DNA from: Acanthaster planci
Taxonomy: Eukaryota
Direction: 5' to 3'
NCBI RefSeq assembly: GCF_001949145.1
Contig: NW_019091361.1
Location: 3,125,854-3,189,853, forward strand
Length of the DNA: 64,000 nucleotides
Made by a program: the position numbers and the translations under genes. The stretch's first letter is position 1. Every line of letters starts with the position of its first letter. A model generated the notes under the pieces. That model saw nothing but the letters and a program-made list of their open reading frames with translations. It had not been told where the DNA came from and made no database searches. Positions 13,147-27,324 of the stretch are shown here, piece by piece.

Positions 13147-15921
13147 ACACTGCTTGTGAAATCATCCCGGATGGAAATTATGCGCCAATTGGCGTATTTG
13201 ATTCTGAAACTTGCGCATCATCAGTGTTACACGGTCGCTCACATAATTATATTCTTCTCATTGAAACAGTACAATAGGCGCACGCCTAAACAGGTTTTAT
13301 CATAGAGAAAACATCTCGTTGCCATGTGTTTCCGTGGTAACAGCGAGCTATACCGGAAGTCATTCAAACACAACCATGGAATCGCCATGGAAACTGTCAC
13401 CCCCATTAAGCACAAAAGAAGTCGTTTAAAAAAATGTGCATTTTTGTCGGTCTTATTTAACCCTAGGATTTAGGAGACAGACCTTTGAAGAAAACAGAAG
13501 ATTTTCTCTTCTTCTGTGGTCAGTCTTTTGTTCAGGTCTGCCTTCTGTGGCATGTGCCCGTGCTTTGTCTACGGGATGTTTTATAGGAACAATTGGCAAC
13601 ACAGTGCCTTCTCCGTTATGGACAAGTTAAACACCCCTGCCTGTTCCTGCCAATACGTTATTGAGGAGATATTAAATGGGCAAGCTCAATTTCACGCTGT
13701 CGGGTTGTAGGGGAGGCTGGACTGGCAAGCTTCGGCCCTCAGTTGGTTTTTGGCATTCCAAAAGTAGCCCGCAGTCACTTTCGTTACGATGGCGATTACC
13801 TGGTCAAACAAAATGAGTTTCAAGTTGCTGGGACTTCTGTTGAGTTACGCTTCGAGCGGGGCTTGCCCTGTGGAGGTGGTGAGGAGCATCTTCATTATTT
13901 CACCAACAGAAAACCATGCATATTGATGCCTTTAGGCTTCAGTCAAGCCACAGCTCGATGATTAGAGTGAATGGCACTGTAAGTGAAAAGTCATACTAGG
14001 TGCAGCGACTTCTTTCTCGTCAAAAAAGGTAAAAAGTTGCCACGAGGTGTCTGGTGAAGTTTGGCCATGATGTCGTCGGTTGAGTCCATAAACGCACGCA
14101 TCGTTAGGTCGGACTGCAAGTCTGTTTATTCTGCAGCCTGTGCCTTCTCCCTTTGCTGTACATCCTTCCCAGCTAGAAGCTGTATCCACCTGCCTTTATA
14201 CCACTCTCCCCCTCTTGATCCTTGAGGAAATTTATGCCCGGGTGATTTGAACTGCTGAGTAAATATCCCTCCTCGCAGAAATTAGCGGTAAGCCGCGGTC
14301 GGCATACAGCTCAGGCTGCTCACTCGGTAGGCGCGAGAGGGTGTAAAGCTTTTCTTTTTTTTTTTTCCTCGGCTGTTAAGTTGGCTGCCGCGGGTGTTTG
14401 TTCCGTTGTCCGGATAAGGCAGACTGACATCTGAATAGACACAGAGTCAGGCTAAAACTGTTGTAACATCCCAGCTTGTATGTTTCAATACACCGAATTC
14501 CCTGTACCAATCATGCGATCTTTGTACGGACCAGAGAAGAACATAATTACACATACAGTGTCTTAACCTTTTTTAAGGACTAAGTCAGATCCACAAAAGG
14601 TCCCCGCCGGAGAAAATGTATAAACATGTTCTTAACGTAGGCCATTTGGGGTTAAGATTATATGTGACAAGATGAACTTTCAGAAACTTTTAGAGGAACC
14701 AACTACAAAACTTCAACTGAAAAGGTTTTCCCATTGCAAAAAATACTACACACGATGTAAACATGGGTGCATCTAGCCGCATTTGTTACGTTATCCCTCA
14801 ACCACGGGGACTTCAACAGTCCCAATTTTTTTAACAGACTATCAGAGAAGAACAATCATAATTTTGAAATTCAAACTTTCTGTTGATTAGTTGCAAGTCG
14901 CAACTACATTAAAAGAGACTGAAACGACAAGGACTGGGTTTTAAAGTGGGAGAAAGTATGGTTCAAGGATGTCAGGTTTGTTTACAAACGGTGGGGCTGT
15001 CACTAATATTTGTCGTTATTTTTGGTGGTAAAACACTTAGGTTGGTGACGGCTCGCCAGCTGAGTTTACGGTGTCAATATTGCCCCCGAAATCAATCTAC
15101 GACGCTTATCTTCTCAAAACACTGCCGTCGGTAGCCGTACAATAAATCCTCCACCTCCTGGCACGTCGAAGAAGACAAGCTGTCACTAAACTGCAACAGA
15201 AATTTGAAATATTTACGGCCCTGTTGGTTGCGTGTCGCAATCGTGAATTCATCAGAATCTTCCCCTGACCCTATCTGTTCCACAAGGAGTAGTGCACTCG
15301 AGACTCCGGAGATTGGCAGCTGGGCGCATCCCCCCCCCCCATTTAAAGGAGCGCAACCAACACACGTGGAATGTTGATGATTATCAATTGTGGAGGAAAC
15401 TTACATTTGTCCCTGGCAGAATTTCTCGTGGTTACTTATTTTTCGCTGGTATGCCAACGAAGCGGGATCATGACGTACTGTTTTCTTTTTCTCTAGGCCA
15501 TTCCCGGCAAAGCAATGCATGGCTCCGCCGTTCAGTCTGTTTCTCCTTTTATCAAAAAGTTCAGATTTTCTTTGCACGGAATCGGAACCTTGCCCTGAGA
15601 CTTGAATCCAAATGCAGGATGTATGTCCTAGTAAATACACAGAATAATACACATCTACATGTAAAATTCACGTAAATGAGATACTTATACCAAAGATCCC
15701 TTGAAATGTGAAGGAAATTTCAATGTAGTAATACTCTTGTTCATGAATATGCATGCATTTGCTATGCGATCAATTTCATCTAATGACCTCCCGCGAGCGT
15801 GCTCAATATCGACTTTCTGTTTCCCATTGCTAAGTGTAATTTGTGAACTTGTTATATTTCTGTTATTGGATCTGTAAACATAACCATAATCCAATGGGCT
15901 TTTTTTGTTCACTTGCTGCAG

Positions 15922-16017
15922 GAATCTGTATATTCCTACATACTGAAAGCCTTCATCAGTTTCTCTACGATTGTTCTGCTCGTCCTAATTGTATTATACC
16001 ACGCCAGAGAGATACAG
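15922..16017 (+). CDS. KCNN: SK channel coding exon 2 (S2)
   Basis: ttgctgcag|GAATCT...ATACAG|gtgagt; 96 nt, ESVYSYILKAFISFSTIVLLVLIVLYHAREIQ, with the SK YHAREIQ motif. Confidence 0.96.
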
Positions 16018-19000
16018 GTGAGTCATCAACATTTAATGTTGTTATCATCGAACAGGTTTCCGAAAAAGGGCCCCCGTTGGATTTTCCTTTTCCAGGAATA
16101 ATTCCAAGTGCGCTGTTATGAAGGCGTCAGGTGACGGGCCATTTTAACGTTGTCCCATGAGCGATGATGCCTTTTAATCAGAATTTCAAGAATATGCTTT
16201 TGGCACGACACTCCAAGTATGAAGTATTAAGATAAAGTGCCAAATTTAAGTCGGGTGCATGCCTAGCGACAATGGTTCCAAACTGTTAACGCATCTTAGT
16301 CTTAGTGTGTAGTGTAGATCAAAAAGCTAGTTATGTTCTGTTTCAAGAAATACACAACTCTCCGGTAATGTGTTACAGGGGATAATCCGCGATATTTATT
16401 TCGTTTTTCAAGAGAGCATGAAATACGGGTCGGTTGTTGAATGTCTAACACGGAAAAAAAATCATGTGATATTGGCACTGAGACCATATAATGAAAACTA
16501 TATTCAGAAATTTTGCAGACCATGACGAAATCATAAAATTTAGTGTAGTGAAACATACTGGAATATGCAGCGCAAAAATACTTTAATTACAGGAAGTTAG
16601 CAGCATTATGAGAACAGCCAAAGTCATTTCATTGGGTTTTTGTACTCATTTACGCTGCTTATAATGCTTACAGCGTTTTTTGTTTGTGATATGTAACCCA
16701 CCCCAGCTTTTTCGATATGTTGTTCGTCGCTGGACTATTTTGGAGGGGAGAGAAAGTACCGTCTATATATATATCACTTCATTTTATTGAAAAAAAAATG
16801 CTATGCCTTTTTCATCAATACGATAGACAGTATCGGCTGCGTCGCCTTGATGGGTGTCTTGCAAACACGTGGAAGTAATAAGTGGTCATTAAGGTGTTGG
16901 GTTGCAGCTTGTGTGAGAATGTGGCGGGGCTTTCCATCGATTCAAACGGGAAAATGCGTCACGTGAGAAAGGCGTTGTTGAGACACCACGCCGTGCCGGA
17001 TGACTAACACCTCCTCCAGCTGCTGTTGCATGTGGCTTGAGTGCGGACAAACTTCCGTAAACATTTATCGCCCGAGTAATGTGACATGAAACGTTTCTTT
17101 CGCGCAAGATAAAAAATTAGACAACGAAAACAATGGGCAAGGCTCTCTCAGGTGAGTAGATGTCTTTGCTGTGCAATCAATGACTATTGTTTTTAGTTGT
17201 GAAAATAAGTTTTTGATTTGCTTTTGAACACGCTTGATGTACAACTTATACATGTATTGTCAATGGGGAACAGCTATAGACATAGTTGATAAAAAGTATA
17301 TAAGCTAATCACTGAATATCTTTAGGCACAAGTTTCCCACATGCTAAAAAGTCTATATTAAAAAAACAAATACACATTTTATGTTCTCCTTCTCAAGGCT
17401 TTCATAACTTCCAACTTGAATAGTGTGCAGTTTATTCTTAATGTAGCAAATTAATTTCACTTTCGCCATTTTTATCAGGTCGCCCTGTTGTTTATTTTTT
17501 TCAGTCCCTCTCCTTTACTTGTACCTGGCAGCGCGCCATTTCCAAGTCAGTATTACCGATGAAGAAGTTGAACCGGAGTTGAAGTTTTTTTATTCTGCCC
17601 AGGGCGCTTGGGAGGCGCACGGCGACAAGGCCTGCTCTGATCACGCCGAGCCGACGGGACTCGAGAGCTTCTTGTGGGCTGTCACAGGGTGTTATGGGGA
17701 ACTGAAGTGGCATTGCTCGCGTCTCAGTCCCGGCCGGTTAATAATGGACGTTATTAATATTTTGGTAAAGCCGCTCAGAGTATGATCTGATCAGCGGTGG
17801 AGCCATGCACCTGACCTTCTCCTGAACTGCTGATTATTATCATTTTCCGGGGAAAAAATGTCCAAGTTTTGAGAGGGAGAATGGAATGCCTTCCCGGTAA
17901 CCAATCAAGACTTTTTGAAAGGGCATTCCTTGGTGTTCATTACATACTGAATGCCCATGAAAATCAAAGTCTTCACTCTCGAGTCAGCGCATTAACCACC
18001 TGTATCAAATTTCTGCGCAAGGGCCGAAATTGTATTTTGTTCACGACAGATCTGGTATTGGTTGGCCGCCGGATTCTTGCGTTAATTTCCCAAATTCATT
18101 AAAGAGTCTGCTAATAGGAATCGTTTACACCTTTAGTAGCCTATCCTTGTAGTTTTCATTGCCTGCAACGTCCAAGCGGTATCATTGACTTTTCTAAAGA
18201 TATGTCGAGGAAGATCGTTAATGTCACTCATGCAAAAGACATTGATTTCAGAACTCACCCCCCCCCTATTGTTGAGTCTGTTCTTAAAGCCGGTGGAAAT
18301 GTCAGTCCGCGCTGATGTACCTCGTATACCCGTAAGACACAAGTTGACACTGGGTGTCTGATTCTCATATCTCTCGCGTGTGTTCTCTCGCGAAGCGCTC
18401 AAGACGAGGGGAAGATTGCCCCGCGCCCTTCTCTCCGCGAAAAAACAAAACCTAAGTTGCTTGCAGAAGAAACACTGGCTACTCGTCAGAGCCATTTAAC
18501 GAACTTGTTGAGAAACAAAGCAGATAGTGGGCAATTTGCCCCAATGTTATCACCTATAATAAGAGAGGCCATTAAATGGGACCATTAACCAACAAGTGAA
18601 CCGCGGAATTTGTCAGTGGCGCGGCATCAGCGTATTCCCCGCGAGGAAGGGGATACCGCGTATATGTACTGATATACTGGAGTTGAAATATTCACGAGAT
18701 ACCCCTATTATTCTGTATACTAGTCTGTCGAATACCCCTGGGCTATTCCGCATATGACCGATGTTTATTTTCGGCAGCATATTCGCTGACAAGGTGCCAA
18801 GATCAATTAGTTTTGAATATGGTATTTACGCGGATGTATCCAAGGACGGGTACGTTGAATATCATTGCTACTGTTGTGCTTCCTTGTTGATTTTTCTTTT
18901 CTTTAGACGAGGTTACTTTTGTATTATTGCGCAGTGCGAGTTGTACTTGGTAGCATGACGTGTGTGCAGTGATCGATGATACAAAACTCGTTAAAGTATA

Positions 19001-20403
19001 CTCCAGCGATATGGGTCATCCTAATATACGGGTACTGAATTATGCATAGACCTACTGTACATGATAGCTGTGTGATGGTTCAATCTATAAAACATTAGTT
19101 TGGTGTCATCAGACTTTTAACAAGCTATTGTCCCTGTCGTCGTTGTCGTGCTGCCCGTCTATTTCTTTTCCTGGCAGTGGCAAAATTCTAACAGTGCCTC
19201 TTTTTACCTCTGGAGTATTTGATCTGGCGTCTGGTAATTCAAAAACTGAATTTTGATCACCCGAGAAAACAATGAAAGAAGAATCGTCTATATAATAGTT
19301 AAAAAGAAAGCGTTTTGTTTTAGCCTTGTCAGAATTATTTCGAATTGGTAATGTCAATTGCCAATTGTCTGTTATATATTGGTTGCATTTTGTATACATC
19401 CGCAGGGCTAATGGGGGCATACCAGACTTGCCTATTTTATTCTTTTCATCCATCCCCATCGTTTGCAAGTTTGCAAAGGCTGGGGGGGGGCACATCATAA
19501 CGGTCTCTTTGCGTAGAAACTAACAGTGCTTAATTACGAACGGCTATAGCCGTTGACTGACAGGATGAAGGCGCTAACTATACATGGCTGTTTTCGCTTA
19601 AATTTTAATATGACAATTAGCACAGGGAGGCGAGCCGTTCATGCATTATTTAGTGCGCCCATCCCTGCCCGTCAGCCTAGGCATCGGACCAGCCCCGCGC
19701 TGAGGTTGTTGCGTTGTACATGTTATTGCTGGGCATGCTATTATAATACAATCAGCAAATGTACGACTGTTGCATGTACCAATTTACGGGTTTGATGCAA
19801 GCTCTGTTTGGCCGTGCTAATTTATGTACGACATTTAGAGGTACGAGTTGTTACTAGTTGCCAATTAACGACAAATGGCCAAATTTGACGACCATTGACC
19901 CATTTAACCCTTTTTATATTGTTTTAATATCCCCCAAGAAAAAATAAAGTAAATCAAAGTAAATAAATATTTCAAAGAAAAGGTTTGAAAAAGAAGTCTC
20001 CAAATATGAAGATTTCAAAATATTTTCAAAGCAGTATATTTAAAAGAGATACCCCTTTAAAAATGAGAATATGGTTTATTACCGGCCCGGAACCGCGTCC
20101 AGTTAAAATGAAAGAGAACGTTATCAGTGAAATGAAACACAAGTTTCCGTCCTTTTCATGGTTTGTTTATACCATTTTACCACCTGTTCTGGAAGCCACA
20201 CTGAACGCCCACACAAAATCCCATTTGCGCTACTTAAATGATTTTCAGAAATCTATACAGCATCTTATTTTTGCCAGCGCGTGTGGAAGATGTCTGTTTT
20301 GCACTACCAACTTATGTCATCCCTCAACCGCTGCTGTGGTTCCCCGACAGGTTGTAATGACTTCCTGTGGGGTTTTGAAGGGTTGATGGGTTCAAGGTGA
20401 AAC

Positions 20404-20709
20404 TGTTACGCCCCAACTATAGCATAAGTCCCAACTATAGCTCGGACAGTCCCAACTGTAGTGCTACAGTTGGGCTGGCCCAACTGTTGTTGACCAATTT
20501 CTGTAGAAAATTTTCTCAACCTTTTCAAGTTTATGCATCTTACACACTTGACACAATTCACCTAAAATGTGGCACTTCATCTATGACATGACATTGTAAA
20601 CAATATGACTTTGGCACATGCTGGCCACATGCACACTGGACCACTGTGCTGTAGTTGGGCCAGCCCAATTATAGCACTCTAGCTGGGATGCTGTAGTTAG
20701 GGCGTGACA
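20404..20709. mobile_element. MITE with TGT...ACA ends and subterminal CCCAACTRTAG repeats
   Basis: Left TGTTACGCCCCAACTATAGCAT versus reverse complement of right end TGTCACGCCCTAACTACAGCAT. The motif repeats in both arms. Confidence 0.75.
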
Positions 20710-23506
20710 AATCCACTAACATTAACTGCGTATAGTGTACACCAGCTAGATACAAGAGAGCGTAAATTGACCTCTCTTGAATTGAAAAACAATGTCCACA
20801 TCTACAGGTGAGAGTTTATTCAAAACGATAACTATAATTATTGACCAATCAGCAACGCAGTGTCCTGTAACGACGGATTTAGTACTGTGTTATCGTTGAT
20901 TGATAAACCAATGCGTAGTCAGATTATTACTTGTATCATTTTACATTATTTTTAATTGTAACTACTGTATTACAGAGCTAAGCCCACTGAGCAATTGATC
21001 AAACATCTCTGTTCATTATTTGCATATCGAATTATTTGGTGGAAAAATCGATACATCCCAAATCGCACAAAGTGGTCCCACAGTCACTGTACTTGAGTTC
21101 GATGTGAACCAATTTATGTGTTAAAGTGTACTATGAAATACCTGCATGTAGACCTTTGTTACCAAGCCTCCTGTCATAAATGGCAATACAAGGCACAGGG
21201 TTGTCACCGTTAAACAGTGATGTAAGGTATTGCGAGTGGGATGCTTATTAAATATCGATTCTCAGCCTTTCCAAATTAGCATCAAAGAACGTATTGTAAC
21301 TATAACACGGCTGTCGGTTTCCCAGTGGTAGTTATTTTGAATGAGGCACTGTGTGTATATTTGTAGTTGAGTCTTTGTAGGGGCCTACTAATAACTCACC
21401 CGCCCATTTGCAGTTATATGTAATATCTCGGGTAGTGATCGATTTGAAATCAGCGTTTCAATTTGCGAGTATTCTTAGCCACATAATTAGGCACCAGATG
21501 CTGTTTTCATTATTCAAAAGAACTCGATAGATTAAAAAGCGAGAATTTATTATATCACGGCTTAGATATTAGCGATAAATTTGTAATGGCTACTGCAAAT
21601 GCAGCTTGCTGGCACGGACTTCTTGAACTATGATGTCTTTAGTTTTAGGTAGTATTCCCCAGCAGGTAACGTAATCAGTCACAGCACTCATTGTGAGTCT
21701 TTAGGATCAGTCATTTTTATAATCAGTGACGGTGTAGGTGACAAGAAACATTTCCATTTATCAGCTAGTGAAAAGTCAACTTTATACTCATTCTCCGCAA
21801 GAAAAGCCATCTTTGTGAGAAGGTTGGCTTACAGGGACGTGTGTAGATTTTTGTCATCGACCAAAAGAGTACTTGAATTGAACGCACTATGCGTTTAAGC
21901 CCACACTTACAAAAAACACGGTGTGACGTGCGAAAATAATGCCTAAGAAAACATCTCCTGGTCGGCTTATGCTCAAAAGGTAATATAGTCATGTCCCCTT
22001 CGGATTGAAATATCTCACATGATCCATCAAAAAAATTACGGTAGGAAGGACTTTCACCATCATCCACTTCGTTAATAGCTGGCGTTTTCTATGCAAGGCT
22101 CGGTTCCCATGGCAATCGCTCGTAACTATGGAAACAGTATCATCCAAATTCCTCTGAGCGTTTGTTCCAATCAAGATCATCGATCTTTTTTTTTTCTTTG
22201 TGCCGATGACGTCATTCCATCGGCCATATAGGGCGGCATGAATGCAGAGCACAAGGCTTTCAGGCTGATTACTAAATTAATGAAATAATCATGACAATTT
22301 CCTAGTATGCATTGGGATGCATTGTAAAATAATACTCATCTTGAAGTGCAGAAATAAAGCCTCACCACAGGGAACAAGTGGGTTCTGTTTTACTCCTAAC
22401 TTTCATTAAGGAAGGCAAATCCGGTAATGGTTATTTAGAGAATCCTTGACTAATCATTAAATATACACAAAGCCCTTTAAATATTGGAAATTTGCAATTC
22501 AGTCGTTGCCTGCTTGGTTCAGTGATATTTTCAGTTAGATAAAATCATAAACTGACAGCCGGTTGTACCTGATGTGGTGTTTGGTGTAGCCCAATTCCAA
22601 GTTAATTTAAGCAGTTCAATTATAACTGATCTTCGTTCACTGGAATTTTACACAGAAAGGAAGGATCGCCATGCTTAGCTTTTATTACAGAAATTGGTCA
22701 CCATCTCTCGTTGACAGCGTTGATGCAGGTTGTTGACTCTGGGGTTATTCCCCCCCCCCCCTTTTACAAACTTGACGGGCATAATTTCCGAGGTATATCT
22801 ATCCGCTCTCCCAGGATGCTCCATTGTTCTCGACCCGGACCATAATGGAACCTCCAGTAATCCTCAACATCCAACGGGCCCGTTGCCAATCTCACTCGCG
22901 GAGACTGAAGCTCTACACTCGGTTTTTAATTCTCTCCGAGCCTTGCAAACGGCGAAGCAATTTCCTTACTCTGATTATCCCACTGTGCTCTTTCCCCAGC
23001 GCTTGTGCATTTTCGTGGTTGGAGTAGGTCAATCCGGTTCCCGTGAGAATAAGGATAGGAAAAAAAGTTGATTAAACATGAAAAAATCACAACAGACAGT
23101 CGTAGATGATCTCGAGTTATCTACAGAAGGAAATGGTTAATTCATATTGGCCCCATTCTCTTTATTAGAAAGTACTTTTGTCTATTTGTACTAGCCTAGG
23201 TTTGCTCATTATCCATAACCAAATCGTATATACAATTTTGTGGCATTGCAAAATTAACTTAGCGTCAGTCATTAAGTCTCAGGCCAACGATAAATTGTTT
23301 CAACTACTTTGTACTCTTTAATTCCCATCAAGGCTGTTCCTTGTGTGTGCTTTCTGCATGTACTTGTAGGCAGAGCACTCATGAACAAAACCAACACAAA
23401 AACAACAGGAAGCGTCTTACTCAGTGCAACGAATCAAATGCCATGTATTCAACAGCCACAGTGTGGTACAACAAATATCCGAAAGGTTTATTGAAAGATC
23501 CCGTAA

Positions 23507-23626
23507 GGGGTCCGGTCCACTAATTCAAGCCCCTTTGAAAATAGTGTAAAATCAGCACCGTTCAGGGCCCAATAGCATGCACGCCAACATCCCTGAGATT
23601 TCTGAAACACAATTGAAATTCTTGTC
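23507..23626 (+). mobile_element. 5' part of a PIF/Harbinger-type MITE running into an assembly gap
   Basis: TAA|GGGGTCCGGTCCACTAATTCAAG...; nearly identical to the first ~120 bp of the element at 26680. Confidence 0.75.
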
Positions 23627-24246
23627 NNNNNNNNNNNNNNNNNNNNNNNNNNNNNNNNNNNNNNNNNNNNNNNNNNNNNNNNNNNNNNNNNNNNNNNNNN
23701 NNNNNNNNNNNNNNNNNNNNNNNNNNNNNNNNNNNNNNNNNNNNNNNNNNNNNNNNNNNNNNNNNNNNNNNNNNNNNNNNNNNNNNNNNNNNNNNNNNNN
23801 NNNNNNNNNNNNNNNNNNNNNNNNNNNNNNNNNNNNNNNNNNNNNNNNNNNNNNNNNNNNNNNNNNNNNNNNNNNNNNNNNNNNNNNNNNNNNNNNNNNN
23901 NNNNNNNNNNNNNNNNNNNNNNNNNNNNNNNNNNNNNNNNNNNNNNNNNNNNNNNNNNNNNNNNNNNNNNNNNNNNNNNNNNNNNNNNNNNNNNNNNNNN
24001 NNNNNNNNNNNNNNNNNNNNNNNNNNNNNNNNNNNNNNNNNNNNNNNNNNNNNNNNNNNNNNNNNNNNNNNNNNNNNNNNNNNNNNNNNNNNNNNNNNNN
24101 NNNNNNNNNNNNNNNNNNNNNNNNNNNNNNNNNNNNNNNNNNNNNNNNNNNNNNNNNNNNNNNNNNNNNNNNNNNNNNNNNNNNNNNNNNNNNNNNNNNN
24201 NNNNNNNNNNNNNNNNNNNNNNNNNNNNNNNNNNNNNNNNNNNNNN
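23627..24246. other. Assembly gap (620 N)
   Basis: Run of N. Confidence 1.
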
Positions 24247-26679
24247 TCGTACGGTATAATGGCAATTTTTCCCCCAAAATGCAGGGATTTTTTTTACAAC
24301 AGTGCCGTCCTTTTTCTCCCGAAAGAGATTGTATCGTTATATGAAACAAGACAATGCACGTCACACTAGATTTTTTTCAAACTGTGAAAGACTGTCTTCA
24401 ATACAGTTTGTGAGATTGTAGCCGCAGTTCACTTGATCGTCTTTTTGCACCACAGAAGGTACACCGAAGTTGAATTTCAACCCGTGTAGAAATGTGTGTT
24501 GTGCGCCATGTTATCATTCTGAAAGGGTTTCTTTTTCACTAATAAGTGTCCAGGTTACTACGCGTATATTTTAAATCAGTTTTTAATTTATTCAGCCAGA
24601 TTTGGTCTCTATTTCTGTGATGAAGCTGCCAAAGCTTCTCATTTAGTTTCCTTTTCGTCAACAATTAAAAAAAAACTTAAGAAATACGTGTACCCATGAA
24701 AAGAGTGACGTGACATGACCCTTACTGAAATACCAACACAAGATATAACATCTGAAATTTAAATCAAAACTAGTATAAGATATCGAGGAGAGAATTTCAT
24801 GCCCATCTACTTTCGACCACATGTATATAAAATAAGAACTCTTCAGTTTTTAAGCTTAAGTTGAAGAATTTATCAGTAATCTTTGTGACGGAATCAGACA
24901 TCAGAGGTGTTGTAGGAGTCTTGGGACACTTAAACGCTTTGCTCTGCATCCCTTTCTATTCCTTATCTCGGGCCCGTCACATGCGAACAACAAAAACGAA
25001 GTCTGTTTATTTGGCCTCCGAAATGCGGTCGGCAAAATTGGCGCGCGCGATTTTTTTCTCTTCCTGGGTTGCCCGGCAGCATGCACGTGAAATTTAATGA
25101 AGACATGGGCCAATAAAGGTGTGTAACACCTTGGAAGGGGGACAGTGTGCGTCTAGGCATTTGCACATTCATTTTTGTTATTGAATAATACATGTAAGCA
25201 AACTTATGAGTCTATAACCCGACGCACACTGTATACATTTGGTGCTTTACCCACGTATTTTGCCTGCTCGGGCTCAACTCGCAAATAGGCAACCCCTATG
25301 CTGTCCTGTAGACATCGTAGACATTTTTGGTCAGGACAATTGGACCAACACTGTGGTTAGTGTGAAGATACATGTATGGCTCTTTGTGGAAAAAATAGTC
25401 TTTTGAATGTAAAGAATCGAATTCCCTACAGAAGCTCCGGAAATCACTTTGATTTTCGACATGAGCAAGGCCTTGATAGTGTGAACACAAGTCATTGAGA
25501 AAACAGGAAAAATAGAAACCCCTTGTCACCAGTGCTTTACTACTGTCCGTGAAGTAGGGTTTAATATCCTGGCAAACAACCAATCCTTTGGAAAATATGG
25601 ACACATAAAAACATACAGGGATATCAACTTTTTCCTGTTCAAATCTTTCTGAAATACCTTCCTACATTGTATTAACGCATTCTCGACCGCTATCGTCTTG
25701 TTGGGCGATGTGCTTTGAATTATAATGTTCAGACAGACATCTTGGTGGTTCTTGTGATTGATGCCAGATGCCGGTCGAATCGTCGCCATGTTCACGAACA
25801 TCGTTATCAATATGGCGATGATAATACATTAATGTCATACCGCTCCGCCACATGGAAGAATTATCAGTGCACGCTTAACGTGTTGCAACCAAAACGCCCT
25901 CTGGCGACAGAATACCAGAAAGGGCGCCAAACAACCCAATTTGTGTGTGAGCAGGTCCTTCGAAGGAAGTTCAGTAATGTCAAGCTGTTTACTCTTGGAC
26001 TTGAAGCCACACTGATTAATTTGAGATCGGCTCTTTGTTGATGGATGAGCGATTGTCTGGTAAAGAATGTGAAGATTCAGGGCCGCTGAAATGAATTGAC
26101 ATGTCGGAGTGCTTCCTAATTCATCATGTATGCTGGCTACAGGTCTGGTCGAGTGCAGTGCCTCGTAACCATACTTTTGAATCATATGCAGAGAAAACAG
26201 CGCTAATAAGCGATGGTAAAGCGTGCATATAATTATAAGACAGCTGGTAAAAACCTTTTTTTATGATATTACACAACTAAACACGGCTATCTAAAGCTCT
26301 TGCGATGGGTTGATCCATCGTATTTCATATGTATATTTGAAAGTGCTGGAATATAAATCTTTTATGAAGTCACTCATTTCAAGAAACATTTCAGATTTTT
26401 AAAATTAAAATACTGGCAAATACTGCCTGTATTTTTATTTTTGCCTAATCAAATTCAAATTTATTTTTGTAACGGAAAGGAATAAAAGGAAACTAATACC
26501 CATACGGCTAACTTGGCATGATTTCGAAAAAAAATGCTGCCTTCTCTCAAATTAAAAATGATTTGAAGTAAGAAATCCCCGTTAAAAAGTTATGTAAAAA
26601 ATCCGCTAACCCTGATATTTTAACCAAATCAGCCACTCATCAAGTCCACGGTGTTGTGTCAAGTCACGCAGGCCTCTAA

Positions 26680-27082
26680 GGGTACAGTCCACTAATTCAA
26701 GCCCCATTTAAAGCAGTGTAAAATCAGCACCGTTCAGGGCCCAATAACATGCACGCCAACATCCCTGAGATTTCTGAAACACAAATGAAATTCTTGTCTG
26801 GTCACTAGTCTTTCAATTTCTTTTCAATTTTTTGTGGGTTAACCAATTACATTTTAATTATTCTCAAAAAACNTACTTAGGACCATTTTTCAACCGTAGT
26901 TTTTAGCCATTCTGCTCTCGTATGAAAGCTCAAAGACCCAGTGAGTTGATCCTGGCAAGGATTTACACAATCTCACCATTTTGGGGGCAAAAACAACCTA
27001 CTTTTTCTAAAGATACTGGGGGGGACTTTTAATGCAAATGAGCTGGCTAGAAACTCTCACTTGAATTAGTGGTCTGCACCCC
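26680..27082 (+). mobile_element. PIF/Harbinger-type (Tourist-like) MITE, complete
   Basis: TIRs GGGTACAGTCCACTAATTCAAG / CTTGAATTAGTGGTCTGCACCCC, with TAA on both flanks (26677-79, 27083-85). Confidence 0.8.
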
Positions 27083-27142
27083 TAAGTGCATCCAGTTTTG
27101 GAAGCATCACTTTAATTAGTCGGGCACCTGACCTTGCGTTTG

Positions 27143-27324
27143 TATACCCAGCAAGAAATGAGACCGAGGTACCCCCCCCAACATGTCCAATCCCTATACA
27201 CATTCCAGACTATTGTTACTTAACACATCCCCCAAGCTGTCTGAAAGGAATTTCCCAGATTCCTGCGAGACAATGACCAACACAAAGCAGGGGGGGTTCT
27301 CTCCGTCTCATACCTTGCTGCATA
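27143..27324. repeat. Dispersed repeat, uninterrupted copy (empty site for the 58585 transposon)
   Basis: Aligns with 58530-58584 joined to 60947-61076. Confidence 0.8.

Noticed and set aside
20409..20483. Short spaced repeats resembling a CRISPR array
   Set aside because: Units are ~11 bp, in both orientations, inside TIRs; eukaryotic context with no cas genes.
23551..23570. REST/RE1-like TCAGCACC motif (also near 26724, 43721 and 53130)
   Set aside because: Left half-site only, without a correctly spaced GGACAG; two copies are inside a MITE.
23552..24364. ORFs of 255-270 aa
   Set aside because: Artefacts of translating N runs.
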